Made by a program: the position numbers and the translations under genes. A DNA stretch of 44,390 nucleotides from the IMG/VR virus record IMGVR_UViG_3300030503_000223. The stretch is one strand, 5' to 3'. Source of the DNA: a virus. Positions 27,001-34,164 of the stretch are shown here, in pieces. The notes below the pieces were generated by a model. That model was not told where the DNA came from. It was given only the letters and a program-made list of their open reading frames with translations, and did not search any database. Each line of letters starts with the position of its first letter. Within the stretch, counting starts at the first letter, position 1.

Positions 27001-27615
27001 GAGATCGATCTGCGCCTCATTCACCCCGACCGCTTGCAGATTCTGCGGAACGGCAGGCGAGATCAGGATGGTGAAGGGTTTGCTGGCACTGTTCCCCAGC
27101 GCATCCGTGACCTTTATCGTCAGGGAGTCGGTATCTGAACCCAGCGGCGTACCGCTCAAGACGCCCGTGCTACCGTTGATGGACGCCCAGGTATCGGACT
27201 GCGTCGTGATACTCCACGTCAGCGGGGCCAAGCCTCCTGAAGCTGCAAGCGTCGTGCTGTAGGGGGTATCGACGACCACACCGGGGAGTGAGGCTGTCGT
27301 GATGGCAGGAAGCGTGATGACGTTGAGCGTGAACCCTGCACTCGAGCTATTACCTAAAGCATCTGTGACCTGAACGCTCAGAGCATAGGTCCCTGCCGTA
27401 CCGGGCGTCCCCTGAAGGATTCCGCCCGTCGTAAGCGTAAGTCCACTGCCGGAATCGGTTGTCTTCGTCCAGGTATAGGGCGCTGTGCCGTTTACCGCAG
27501 TGAGTGTGAAGCCGTAAGCCTGACCCACATCGCCCACCGGTAAGCCGGCAGTCGTGATCAGAGGACCGGTTACCGTGACCTTGATCGATGAACCGGTTTC
27601 AAAGACCACGGGCAC
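24028..27615 (-). CDS. Giant Ig-like x2 / FN3 / beta-helix protein (putative glycan-binding or depolymerase fibre)
   Basis: 1195 aa. Two tandem ~90-aa repeats (GxxYxxTLTA.GGxxPxTWS...G.L.GTP...G.......V.D..GNS) fit the putative-Ig (He_PIG-like) pattern. PQNLQAVGVNEAQIDLTWNAV...YHVYRGG is FN3-like. The C-terminal part has beta-helix-type repeats (NNYVHDNSG, HHNIIVN). Confidence 0.65.
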   Translation of the reverse strand: MPVVFETGSSIKVTVTGPLITTAGLPVGDVGQAYGFTLTAVNGTAPYTWTKTTDSGSGLTLTTGGILQGTPGTAGTYALSVQVTDALGNSSSAGFTLNVITLPAITTASLPGVVVDTPYSTTLAASGGLAPLTWSITTQSDTWASINGSTGVLSGTPLGSDTDSLTIKVTDALGNSASKPFTILISPAVPQNLQAVGVNEAQIDLTWNAVSDLNFLKYHVYRGGVSLAFPTTNSMADTSGALQPGTSYTYTVAEVNESNIEGAQSASATGTTFPSTGNTLYHGQVFTVTGTGFGTPSVFTPITCARGQSGVGNLDPGINGAFAGAGGNYDMQNQATTFTQNGWTPGGSDPFVSAIMVGGVDLPSSQSDAASIYINYTAPGVTGGVYPIFACYSYQCHSGWNFNSFTGPNTATGSCVQGATTITVPSIPTGVVAGLYVTDSAGALPGCVIKSIAGSTITLESDDGTGNPISILSTQASDTFTFGTDDNFKTQVFGQGVGPFPADSYYTAFNTFSPNALCTTQPTCLMTTDAVAYGAWKMVDNTGNTDCSYQYAAYNPIGSGYIFRETNAIITTQSTGAWVENEIYGGVLLNSINYQQTTDTAVNFPQRNHVFGIAYSRNRGVNNMIGVSNLTFGVGAAGDLAFWHMYLGDQPTLAASRIRAYQLPSAVSNTSATAKCWQDKFTIGQTVYAHIVNNAGTVLNNVAPGPFTIVAQPAAFNYFISPTGSNSNPGTLASPWALTAINAMQSTYGGTRVGIIGDQGSYDVSGLMNTTYHTPVLNVNGGPNSSTKTYIASCNSSGVYVRGLATITANGNGFYGGGNANISSMIGCGIEVNRPANWGNWIIDGIKLTGFSLWAVHFGNYDGGGGQVPNATLQNCEITGGNAQSTTVSSGVNLGPIIMYAHTNCTVTNNYVHDNSGWTDANHFSAMYIWGLNGASSGVQVTYNHFVNTGNIHSKEATQYNSTVAYNYIDMTNKTPSGGSTQNYAGIFGFNADGGAGTLTSIHHNIIVNAFCYISLTNDTGQFGWTTPVQIYNNTFVATANQAAGAVFCTNAFETTAGSHVISGWNNLYADEGFTPASTYSYTTFNLDFSTKWDYNIYGGHNLYGTVPSGTQSSSGFVGYSSLAAWQSATGVDAHSTSTTTNPFTNNGAFQLQYQVQSGSTAYQTGRVGGVSTGAACNVGAWDGTVTEIGCSFVT

Positions 27616-27619
27616 GAAT

Positions 27620-27937
27620 CTACGTGCCTAGCAGTGCTTTCCCACCGCTCGTGGGCCCCGTAGCCCCGGTTTGCTGTTGCTGAGCGTTAGCTCCGGTTAC
27701 AGTGCTCTGCAACCCACCGGCAGCCGCTGCACGTCTTCGTGAATCAGCCGCCGCGGCTTGCCCTTGAGGGCTGATGAGTGAAGCCCCGGGCGGTGGCGGA
27801 ATGCCGATGTTCGGCGTCTTGGGTGCAAGAGCTGCCGAAAGACCCGCACCGACTCCGGCCGCTGCAACTGAACCTGCAACCGCCGCTCCACTGGCGGTAC
27901 CGAAGTAAGCCCCGATAGCCCCGAGCGTGTAGCCCAT
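27620..27937 (-). CDS. Gly/Ala-rich small membrane-like protein
   Basis: 105 aa. N-terminal GAIGAYFGTASGAAVAGSVAAAGVGAGLSAAL and a Gln/Ala-rich tail. Confidence 0.5.
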   Translation of the reverse strand: MGYTLGAIGAYFGTASGAAVAGSVAAAGVGAGLSAALAPKTPNIGIPPPPGASLISPQGQAAAADSRRRAAAAGGLQSTVTGANAQQQQTGATGPTSGGKALLGT

Positions 27938-28413
27938 TAGCGGTCCAACCTCTTGGTGTAGAGGTAGTCCTGCAACTCGTACCCTAAGCGTTTGAGAATG
28001 GGCGAGAAATCATGCGCAGCTTTAATGTGCTGCACCACGACCTGCACGCCTTCGGCTTTGAGTTCGCCATCGGCGTACTGGATGAGCTTCAAACCAAGGC
28101 GCCCTTCCCTTTCCTCGGGATCGAGGTAGAGAATGTCCTGTACGGCCTGCAAGCTGCCCTGATAGTGCAAGGATGGCGCCACACAGAAGATGGCATAGCC
28201 CTTCAGCGCTCCAAGAACACGCACGGTGAACACTCGCAGCGCACCGGCTTCTTCCATCCTGCGATAGCGTCGGTAGTCAGGATCGAGCGGGATATCAGCG
28301 TAATGGGCGATTTCTGCAAAGTGCAGCTTCAGCAGCGGTTGAATTTCGGCAAAGACGTCATCCATGCGCTCGCGCTCAAAGGCCAACCTGCGTTCTTCGA
28401 GAACGGCGTTCAT
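27937..28413 (-). CDS. GNAT-family N-acetyltransferase
   Basis: 158 aa. Beta-strand/helix pattern with the acetyl-CoA motif region EREGRLGLKLIQYA. ATGA-coupled to the upstream small ORF. Confidence 0.7.
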   Translation of the reverse strand: MNAVLEERRLAFERERMDDVFAEIQPLLKLHFAEIAHYADIPLDPDYRRYRRMEEAGALRVFTVRVLGALKGYAIFCVAPSLHYQGSLQAVQDILYLDPEEREGRLGLKLIQYADGELKAEGVQVVVQHIKAAHDFSPILKRLGYELQDYLYTKRLDR

Positions 28414-28589
28414 CGCTTGCTGTAAAGCGCCGCCCCCGCACGCTCACGTACGGTCGCATTCGTGGGCAAAGCGGGCTTAACAGGCGCTGTGACTTCAAGA
28501 GGCTTCGGCTCAGCGGGTTTCTCCACCTCCTTAGCCGGATAGAGCTTTGCCTGTGCACGCGCCGCCAGGGCTTCCTGTGGAGCTTTCAT
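28410..28589 (-). CDS. Small Pro/Ala/Lys-rich protein
   Basis: Start trimmed to ATG 28589 so it does not overlap the upstream gene. 59 aa. Confidence 0.35.
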   Translation of the reverse strand: MKAPQEALAARAQAKLYPAKEVEKPAEPKPLEVTAPVKPALPTNATVRERAGAALYSKR

Positions 28590-28611
28590 GCCCTTGGTGT
28601 GCTCGCGAAAC

Positions 28612-28935
28612 CTACTTGCTGCCGTTATAGCCGTGGCTATTCTCATAGGCAGCCTGCTCAGCATCGTGGGTGGGGTGCTTGGCCTTGGTGCCATGATTCA
28701 GTCCACCCATCGCCGGATGTTCTGGCGCGTAGTGATGCACCTTGCCGTGCTCGGCGTGATGGGCCGACGTGGGTGCTACGCGTTCGTGTCCGAAGGTCGG
28801 TTCTGTAGTCCCACCGGCATGTCCGACCTTGCCGGGCGTGCGCGGCTTACCGCCGTCGCGGTCGAACTTCGACGTCACGTGAGGATTCTCGCCAACGCTG
28901 TCTGAACCAGCGCCAGCCACTGTGGGTCTAGCCAT
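28612..28935 (-). CDS. Small His/Gly-rich protein
   Basis: Start trimmed to ATG 28935, which overlaps the terL stop (ATGGCTAG). 107 aa with many His (HAGG, HHAEHGKVHHY, HPTH). Confidence 0.45.
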   Translation of the reverse strand: MARPTVAGAGSDSVGENPHVTSKFDRDGGKPRTPGKVGHAGGTTEPTFGHERVAPTSAHHAEHGKVHHYAPEHPAMGGLNHGTKAKHPTHDAEQAAYENSHGYNGSK

Positions 28936-30400
28936 AGGTCTTCTCCTGTTCTTTGCGGAATGTTTCGTAGGGGTCGTAGTCGTGGACGTGCTGCGTGCGC
29001 TCAATCAGCGTGGAGAGCGTCTCGGGCAGCCCAAAGACGTTCTTGCGGGGACTGTAGATGGGGTAGGCGAAGGTACAGGCGAGTGCGTCTTCGAGATCTG
29101 GCGAGCGTCCGAGACGCGCCTTGATCTGCTTTTTGTCCTCCATGAGGATGCGACCATCACGACCGTAGGTGTATTGCATCGTGGATAGCCCCATGACCAT
29201 CTCAGGGACGTTCGGAAGCAGCCCGCCGTCCTTCACCCACTCACACATCTGCCAGATGATCTCGGCACGCTTGTTCGCAAAGCGCCGGTCACTGGCCGCC
29301 GCACCCCCAAACTGCACGCCCAAAGCGTCCGTGTGACCTAAGGACTTCAGACCCTCGAGCCACGAGAAGCCCCAGCCCCCGGTGGCATCGATCTGGATAG
29401 AATCCGCGCGCTTCTCCCCCGCCATCCTCGATACGTGCGACGCGCCCACGATGGGGGTCAGATTGCGCATGCGAAGCGGGGGGTAAGCGATCTTGCCGCG
29501 GCGGGGGAAAATGACGCTCTCGTCGTCCCCAAAAGCTGCTACGTCCACCCCCAGCACCAGGGGGAACTCCGTGAACTGGGATTCGTGGTAATTGCGTCGC
29601 TGCGCGTCCCGCACCTCATCCGGGGAGATGAGCGTATTCAGGCCCGACAGCGGGAAGCGACCGAAGACGTTCACCAACACCCAGGGGTTATCGCGTCCCC
29701 AGGCATCAATCTGCTGCTGCGCCCATTCTTTGGACACCCTCGAGGCGCGCTTGGGGTCCTCAGGGTCGCCTGTGATCTCGGTCACATCCCAGTGCTGACG
29801 CTGGTTGATGACAGCATGCCCCAGCACGGAATCCTGATTGTTCGGATTACCCGCGATGACGATGTGCTGGTCCGCCCCACCCGATAGGATCGCCTCAGCC
29901 GTCGCAAGGATCGAGCGCGGCATACCCCCTGCCTCATCCAGCAGGAGCAGGACATGGTCCTCGTGTAAGCCCTGAAGCGCTGTGGCTTGGTCCTGAGGGT
30001 TGGCCGAGCGTGGATAGGACCGCGCCGACATCCACCAGGTCTTGGGCCTCTCCTTCGATGTGATGCGTTCGCCATCCAACTGGAAGGCTTCCTGCAACAG
30101 CGGGGATCTCGAATACCACTTCCCAAGCTCGCTCCAGAGCGTGTCGCGCAGGGTGTCCGCGGTAATGGAGAGCGCAGCACAGCGACAGTCGGGACGTGTG
30201 AGCATGAAGTTCCACCCAAGCCAGGCGAGTACCGTGGACTTCCCCGGACCCTTACACGCCGTCATCGCCTGTCGGGGCTTGTGGGGGAAGGCCTCCAGCA
30301 CCCCTTCCTGCCACACATCAGGGGTGGCTTTGAACACCTCCCGGACGAACTGCGCCGGGTGAGCCATCCAACGCTTGAGGATTTCGCCAGCGCTGTCCAT
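28928..30400 (-). CDS. terL: Terminase large subunit
   Basis: 490 aa. Walker A-like CKGPGKST and Walker B-like HVLLLLDEAGG. C-terminal nuclease-type region. ATGA-coupled to the upstream small gene. Confidence 0.9.
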   Translation of the reverse strand: MDSAGEILKRWMAHPAQFVREVFKATPDVWQEGVLEAFPHKPRQAMTACKGPGKSTVLAWLGWNFMLTRPDCRCAALSITADTLRDTLWSELGKWYSRSPLLQEAFQLDGERITSKERPKTWWMSARSYPRSANPQDQATALQGLHEDHVLLLLDEAGGMPRSILATAEAILSGGADQHIVIAGNPNNQDSVLGHAVINQRQHWDVTEITGDPEDPKRASRVSKEWAQQQIDAWGRDNPWVLVNVFGRFPLSGLNTLISPDEVRDAQRRNYHESQFTEFPLVLGVDVAAFGDDESVIFPRRGKIAYPPLRMRNLTPIVGASHVSRMAGEKRADSIQIDATGGWGFSWLEGLKSLGHTDALGVQFGGAAASDRRFANKRAEIIWQMCEWVKDGGLLPNVPEMVMGLSTMQYTYGRDGRILMEDKKQIKARLGRSPDLEDALACTFAYPIYSPRKNVFGLPETLSTLIERTQHVHDYDPYETFRKEQEKTYG

Positions 30401-30675
30401 CAGTTGAGCGCAGCAGGTTCAGACTCTGGCTTCTCCAATACCCCAGCCGCCTGCCTGATGAGCTGCTCGAGCGTGAGAGAACCGCTGATATTCAGGCTCT
30501 TGGCTGCCTCTGCCCGCGGAACAATGCGCTCAATCAGGAATATGGCAGCGCGCACCTGAGTGGACTTCATTTTGCGATTGCCAAGTACATGATCCTGCAA
30601 GCTCTTGGCGAGCATGCCGACACGCAATCGCTGCCTTACGACTTCAGGGGTCCAAGTACGTCGCCGTGCAGCCAT
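30400..30675 (-). CDS. terS: Putative terminase small subunit
   Basis: 91 aa, basic N-terminus, helical. Directly upstream of and coupled to terL. The call rests mainly on position. Confidence 0.45.
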   Translation of the reverse strand: MAARRRTWTPEVVRQRLRVGMLAKSLQDHVLGNRKMKSTQVRAAIFLIERIVPRAEAAKSLNISGSLTLEQLIRQAAGVLEKPESEPAALN

Positions 30676-30989
30676 CAGTTGCCTCTCGCGATCGCACTGG
30701 GCAAGCCACTGGCTACCCGAATCTTCGGAGCCTGTGCCTCAAACGCCTCCGCCATGCGATTCATCGCTCGTGCGAAGGCCGCCTGCAAAGCGTCATCCAG
30801 GGTGAAGGTGGCATTCGGTGGGTTGAGGTACAGCTCGGTGAGTGCGTCCACCCGTGCGCTTTGAAGACAGCCGTTGACGTAGGCTGCGAATCCCACCTGC
30901 ATCATGTCCATGGGCTGAGCTTTCAGAGCGCTCAGGAGGCGTTTGCGCGCATCACTCACCGCAGCTTCGTAGTTAGCGTCATCGGCCAT
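30675..30989 (-). CDS. Hypothetical protein
   Basis: 104 aa, helical, in the operon upstream of the terminase genes. Confidence 0.45.
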   Translation of the reverse strand: MADDANYEAAVSDARKRLLSALKAQPMDMMQVGFAAYVNGCLQSARVDALTELYLNPPNATFTLDDALQAAFARAMNRMAEAFEAQAPKIRVASGLPSAIARGN

Positions 30990-31155
30990 GGTTGCCCTTC
31001 ATTCGTTTGACTGCTGCATTGGCTTCACGGATCGCCCGACCCTCATCCCCCGTCCGACTCAGAACTGCATCACTGATTTTTGCCCAGACCTTGCGTGCAT
31101 GAGGGCTCTTGGCCTTGCGCGTGTGCTTCTGGGCGTCCTCGGGATTCCAAGGCAT
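30979..31155 (-). CDS. Small basic protein, below the ORF-track size cut-off
   Basis: Hand translation: MPWNPEDAQKHTRKAKSPHARKVWAKISDAVLSRTGDEGRAIREANAAVKRMKGNHGR. Its ATG overlaps the upstream stop (ATGA at 31155). It fills an otherwise empty gap. Confidence 0.35.
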   Translation of the reverse strand: MPWNPEDAQKHTRKAKSPHARKVWAKISDAVLSRTGDEGRAIREANAAVKRMKGNHGR

Positions 31156-31463
31156 CACGGTCTGCCCGGGAATATGCGAATGGGAGTGCCTTTGGCGTCC
31201 TTGCGTCTCAAATCCTCGACGGTGAACTGCTGCAGGCTCAAAAGCCCCAGGCTCTCGTCATACTTGGGCCCGCGCACGGGGTATTCGCTCGGATGCATGG
31301 TGTGGGTGGGGGGAGTGGGGAGTTCTCTTACGCGAGCTTCCAGAAATTCCTGACGCTTCTGCCACACCACGGCCAGAACCTCCGCCGGTGAAGGCGTGGG
31401 AAGCTGCCAATCTCTGTCGAGTGCATCGAGCTCCGCTTCGAGTTGTTCACGCGTCATGAACAT
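31155..31463 (-). CDS. Hypothetical protein
   Basis: Start trimmed to ATG 31463, after the upstream stop at 31468. 102 aa. Confidence 0.4.
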   Translation of the reverse strand: MFMTREQLEAELDALDRDWQLPTPSPAEVLAVVWQKRQEFLEARVRELPTPPTHTMHPSEYPVRGPKYDESLGLLSLQQFTVEDLRRKDAKGTPIRIFPGRP

Positions 31464-31467
31464 CGCG

Positions 31468-31710
31468 CTACCCTGCAGCCCCTGCGCTCTTGGTTTCAAC
31501 TCGCCGATTCAACCAACGACAGGCGGGATCTGGCAGATGCACCCCGTGTAAATCCTCATCCAGCACATAGATTCGCTGGACGCTCACCCGGTATTTGGCC
31601 GCCAATAGCTTGACGCTCAATCCACGAAGCTTCTGCAGGAGTCGGCGACGCACCCGCAAAGCGGCAGACAGTTCACGCTTTTGAGCCTCACTGAGCTTGC
31701 TGCGACTCAA
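31468..31710 (-). CDS. Putative small HTH regulator (start uncertain)
   Basis: The C-terminal LSVKLLAAKYRVSVQRIYVL looks like an HTH. The 5' part of the tracked ORF overlaps rusA and is Ser/Pro-rich. A TTG at 31710 is proposed as the start. Confidence 0.3.
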   Translation of the reverse strand: MSRSKLSEAQKRELSAALRVRRRLLQKLRGLSVKLLAAKYRVSVQRIYVLDEDLHGVHLPDPACRWLNRRVETKSAGAAG

Positions 31711-32050
31711 TACGCACCACAGTTCTGTGAGGTTTACCGATGTGCTGGTGATATTCGGCGGTGAGATGAGCAGGGGAGTCATCGAGGATGAAGCCCTCAG
31801 CGACCAGGGAATCAGTGAGGGGCTTGGTGCCCGACACGAAGTTGTCGAAATCGAGAAGTCTTGCGCCGTAGCGCTCAATCTTCAGACGTACGTGTTCGGG
31901 AGGCGTCAGGGGTGGGTGTAAGTGCATCCTCGCTACCCTGACTAGCCACGCCCATTTCTTGCGTTCCTTCGCCTTCTTCGTCCAGTGATGACCGTGAAAA
32001 CGGTTCATCGAAGGCGTGGCCACGGGAATGGTGAGTGTGATGGGCGTCAC
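31688..32050 (-). CDS. rusA: RusA-like Holliday-junction resolvase
   Basis: ITLTIPVATPSMNRFHGHHW and LLDFDNFVSGTKPLTDSLVAEGFILDDSPAHL align with E. coli RusA ITLPWPPSNNRYYRH and [27 protein letters not shown]. A GTG start at 32050 is proposed. Confidence 0.65.
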   Translation of the reverse strand: MTPITLTIPVATPSMNRFHGHHWTKKAKERKKWAWLVRVARMHLHPPLTPPEHVRLKIERYGARLLDFDNFVSGTKPLTDSLVAEGFILDDSPAHLTAEYHQHIGKPHRTVVRIESQQAQ

Positions 32051-32052
32051 GC

Positions 32053-32280
32053 TCAGTGCTTCACCAGAAACCACACACCGGCAACGGTGAGCGCCCAGAA
32101 GCCAAGAAGACACAGCCCCAACATCAGTACCGCGTGACGCTCTGAGAATGTTTCCCGTGGAACACGCGGGGCGTAGTGGGGCTCGAGGGTATATAAATCC
32201 CGCAACCCCGCGCGCAGGCGAGTGTCGATAAGTTCGTTGTCGTCTATCACAGGGCCTCCCGATACACACGCAAGAACCAA
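32053..32280 (-). CDS. Small protein with C-terminal TM segment
   Basis: 75 aa. C-terminal AVLMLGLCLLGFWALTVAGVWFLV. Confidence 0.4.
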   Translation of the reverse strand: MVLACVSGGPVIDDNELIDTRLRAGLRDLYTLEPHYAPRVPRETFSERHAVLMLGLCLLGFWALTVAGVWFLVKH

Positions 32281-32447
32281 TCTGCGTATGTCAGCTTGTC
32301 GTGTTTGGTGGTGGCCAAATCCCTGGCACGAATGGCGTGACGAGCTTTCTCCTTGCGCTCGCTCTCTGTGGTCAAACCATCGAACAACGTACAGTGGTAT
32401 GGCTTGAGAGCCTTGGCGAGCAGGAGTTCGTCGGTCAATTTGCTCAT
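32247..32447 (-). CDS. Hypothetical small protein
   Basis: 66 aa, in the operon. Confidence 0.4.
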   Translation of the reverse strand: MSKLTDELLLAKALKPYHCTLFDGLTTESERKEKARHAIRARDLATTKHDKLTYADWFLRVYREAL

Positions 32448-32977
32448 GGCTGATCTCGTATCAACTTAGCCTCGGCGTCGGCGCAAGCCATATGCCAGCG
32501 CCAGTGCGTTTTTTGTTCTTCAACCGTAGGCTCGCTTCCCCAATCGCGCATATCCGCGGCCCACGAGTTCTTGTGCCTGACCAAGCATCCGGTGAGCTCA
32601 ACGCCCACGTAGTGAATGCCCTTCTCCGACTGCTTTGCGATGTGCGCAAGCAAGTGGGTGTTCGCTGCGACTACCCAAGGGTCCCACAGTGTCTGATCCG
32701 CAATACGAGGCGCATCGGTTGGCCGATCATCGTCATCGATGGTCCGACAGAACTTCGTGAACTGCGGGAGGGACGGAACTCCCATGGAACCTGACTTGAG
32801 CAGACGCCGCATCCCACGCTCAAGTTCGTAGTCCTTGAGGCCGCCAATCTCGGATACCCACTCCGGCGGGGGCGCCTTGCCAAATCGGCGCTCCACGGAT
32901 TCCCCGCCAAAGATGCCAACGAAATGGCGCCAAAGACTATCCGCGCGCGATTGCGCGTGGGAGCTCGTCGGTTTCAT
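32444..32977 (-). CDS. Replication protein P-like (putative helicase loader)
   Basis: LWRHFVGIFGG..(~30)..GMRRLLKSGSMGVPSLPQFTKFCR parallels lambda P RRQWVLAFRENG...AGMRVARRQNRPFLPSPGQFVAWCR. Downstream of the initiator-like gene. Confidence 0.5.
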   Translation of the reverse strand: MKPTSSHAQSRADSLWRHFVGIFGGESVERRFGKAPPPEWVSEIGGLKDYELERGMRRLLKSGSMGVPSLPQFTKFCRTIDDDDRPTDAPRIADQTLWDPWVVAANTHLLAHIAKQSEKGIHYVGVELTGCLVRHKNSWAADMRDWGSEPTVEEQKTHWRWHMACADAEAKLIRDQP

Positions 32978-33830
32978 GCTCGATCACCTGTGCGCTGCCG
33001 CCGTTGAGGTGGCGCAGGATTCGTTCGGAGGCGTTCTCTGCCTTGGCTGGAGGGTTCCAGGGGAGAAGGAACGGTTTGCTCGGGCCGAGGAACGACGCTG
33101 CTTGCTTGACGTACTCGGTGGCGTTTTTCCCGGTTGCCTGGATGAACGCCGCGTAACGCTTAGCGCCAGCGAGGAACTCGTCGGCGGTGTGGCCTTCGGC
33201 GAGTCTGGCGTTGGCGGCTCTCAGGGCTCCGCGCCAGTTCTGGTCCCCCGCTCGCTCCGGATAGCTGAGCTTGAAGTCCAGCATCCAGTCGGGACCTGTT
33301 TCACGTGAATCCACCAACCTGGTGGGCGGCGCAGCCGCCGTACAGTTCTTCTTCTTGTTTGAGTCTGAGTTTGAGTCTGAGTATGAGTATGAGTATGAGT
33401 GAGTGTCTTGGGGTATGCTGTGGTGTCCGGTGGTGTCCTGAGGTGTCTGTAAGTGTCTCTCCTTGTACCTGCGAACCTTCTCGGCATTGCGTCCGTCTTC
33501 GACCTGGTTGCGGTCAGAGGCTTTGCGGCGGTACAGCTTGAAGTTGACCACGAGCCAACCCCAATCGCGATGGCCGTCAAGGAGTCTCAGGCGGGCACCG
33601 CTGGCGTCGCTCGAGCGCGAGCCGGGGTCCGCAGCGCAGAAGCGCTTCATGCACGCTACGATTTCAGGTACGGGCAATCCGGTGACGCTCGCCAGGAACT
33701 GGGGCGTCACATCGACCTTACCCTCCCAGTCGGTGAGCGACAGGACGATGGGCCACAGACCTATGTCTGGCCATTTTCCGCAGAGTGTCCCGGTTGTCAG
33801 TGACGGGAACAGGGGCGTGTAGCCACTCAT
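32937..33830 (-). CDS. Putative replication initiator (lambda O-like position) with low-complexity linker
   Basis: 297 aa. Sits between the HTH gene and the P-like gene. The central linker QDTTGHHSIPQDTHSYSYSYSDSNSDSNKKKN is encoded by iteron-like DNA repeats. Confidence 0.45.
   Translation of the reverse strand: MSGYTPLFPSLTTGTLCGKWPDIGLWPIVLSLTDWEGKVDVTPQFLASVTGLPVPEIVACMKRFCAADPGSRSSDASGARLRLLDGHRDWGWLVVNFKLYRRKASDRNQVEDGRNAEKVRRYKERHLQTPQDTTGHHSIPQDTHSYSYSYSDSNSDSNKKKNCTAAAPPTRLVDSRETGPDWMLDFKLSYPERAGDQNWRGALRAANARLAEGHTADEFLAGAKRYAAFIQATGKNATEYVKQAASFLGPSKPFLLPWNPPAKAENASERILRHLNGGSAQVIEHETDELPRAIARG
33347..33461. repeat. Candidate replication origin: (TTC)n tract, 7 tandem GAGTNT hexamers, and 5 RGTGTCY sites phased at 10 bp
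   Basis: GAGTCT GAGTTT GAGTCT GAGTAT GAGTAT GAGTAT GAGTGA at 33361-33402. RGTGTCY sites start at 33402, 33422, 33432, 33442 and 33452. Confidence 0.45.
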
Positions 33831-34024
33831 CCGGCGAGCCGATAGCTCGCGAAGCGCTTATCCCCGCATTTCTCCACTCGGGAGGTGATGCGGTGACCGT
33901 CATTGCGCAGGTCCAGAATCCGTGCGGCCAGACGAAAACAGCCAAAGCGCTTGAGAGCGTCAATGGCTGTTAAGGGTCTGCCGGTGGCGAGGTGGTCAAT
34001 GATTCGTTGGGCTTGGGTTCGCAT
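33827..34024 (-). CDS. Small winged-helix/HTH protein (HTH_39-like)
   Basis: 65 aa. QAQRIIDHLATGRPLTAIDALKRFGCFRLAARILDLRNDGHRI matches the pattern of that phage HTH family. AAGGA RBS. Confidence 0.55.
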   Translation of the reverse strand: MRTQAQRIIDHLATGRPLTAIDALKRFGCFRLAARILDLRNDGHRITSRVEKCGDKRFASYRLAG

Positions 34025-34164
34025 GCCTAAATCCTTATGTACGTTTTCGTACAGACGAGGTACCGGTTGAGCCGTCTAATAGCGTTGAGGTTGTCTAGTC
34101 TTGGTATTGGTGCAGAGCACAAAAACCCTCTTAGGTCTGGACATTAAGTCTTAACTCAGTTGAC

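Noticed and set aside
34025-34164. Possible tRNA, small RNA or promoter in the AT-richer spacer between the repressor terminator and the HTH gene.
   Set aside because: No cloverleaf could be drawn. Only a short hairpin (GTACG-tttt-CGTAC at 34038-34051) and scattered GTCT motifs are present, and no convincing -35/-10 pair was found by eye. The region is left unannotated.
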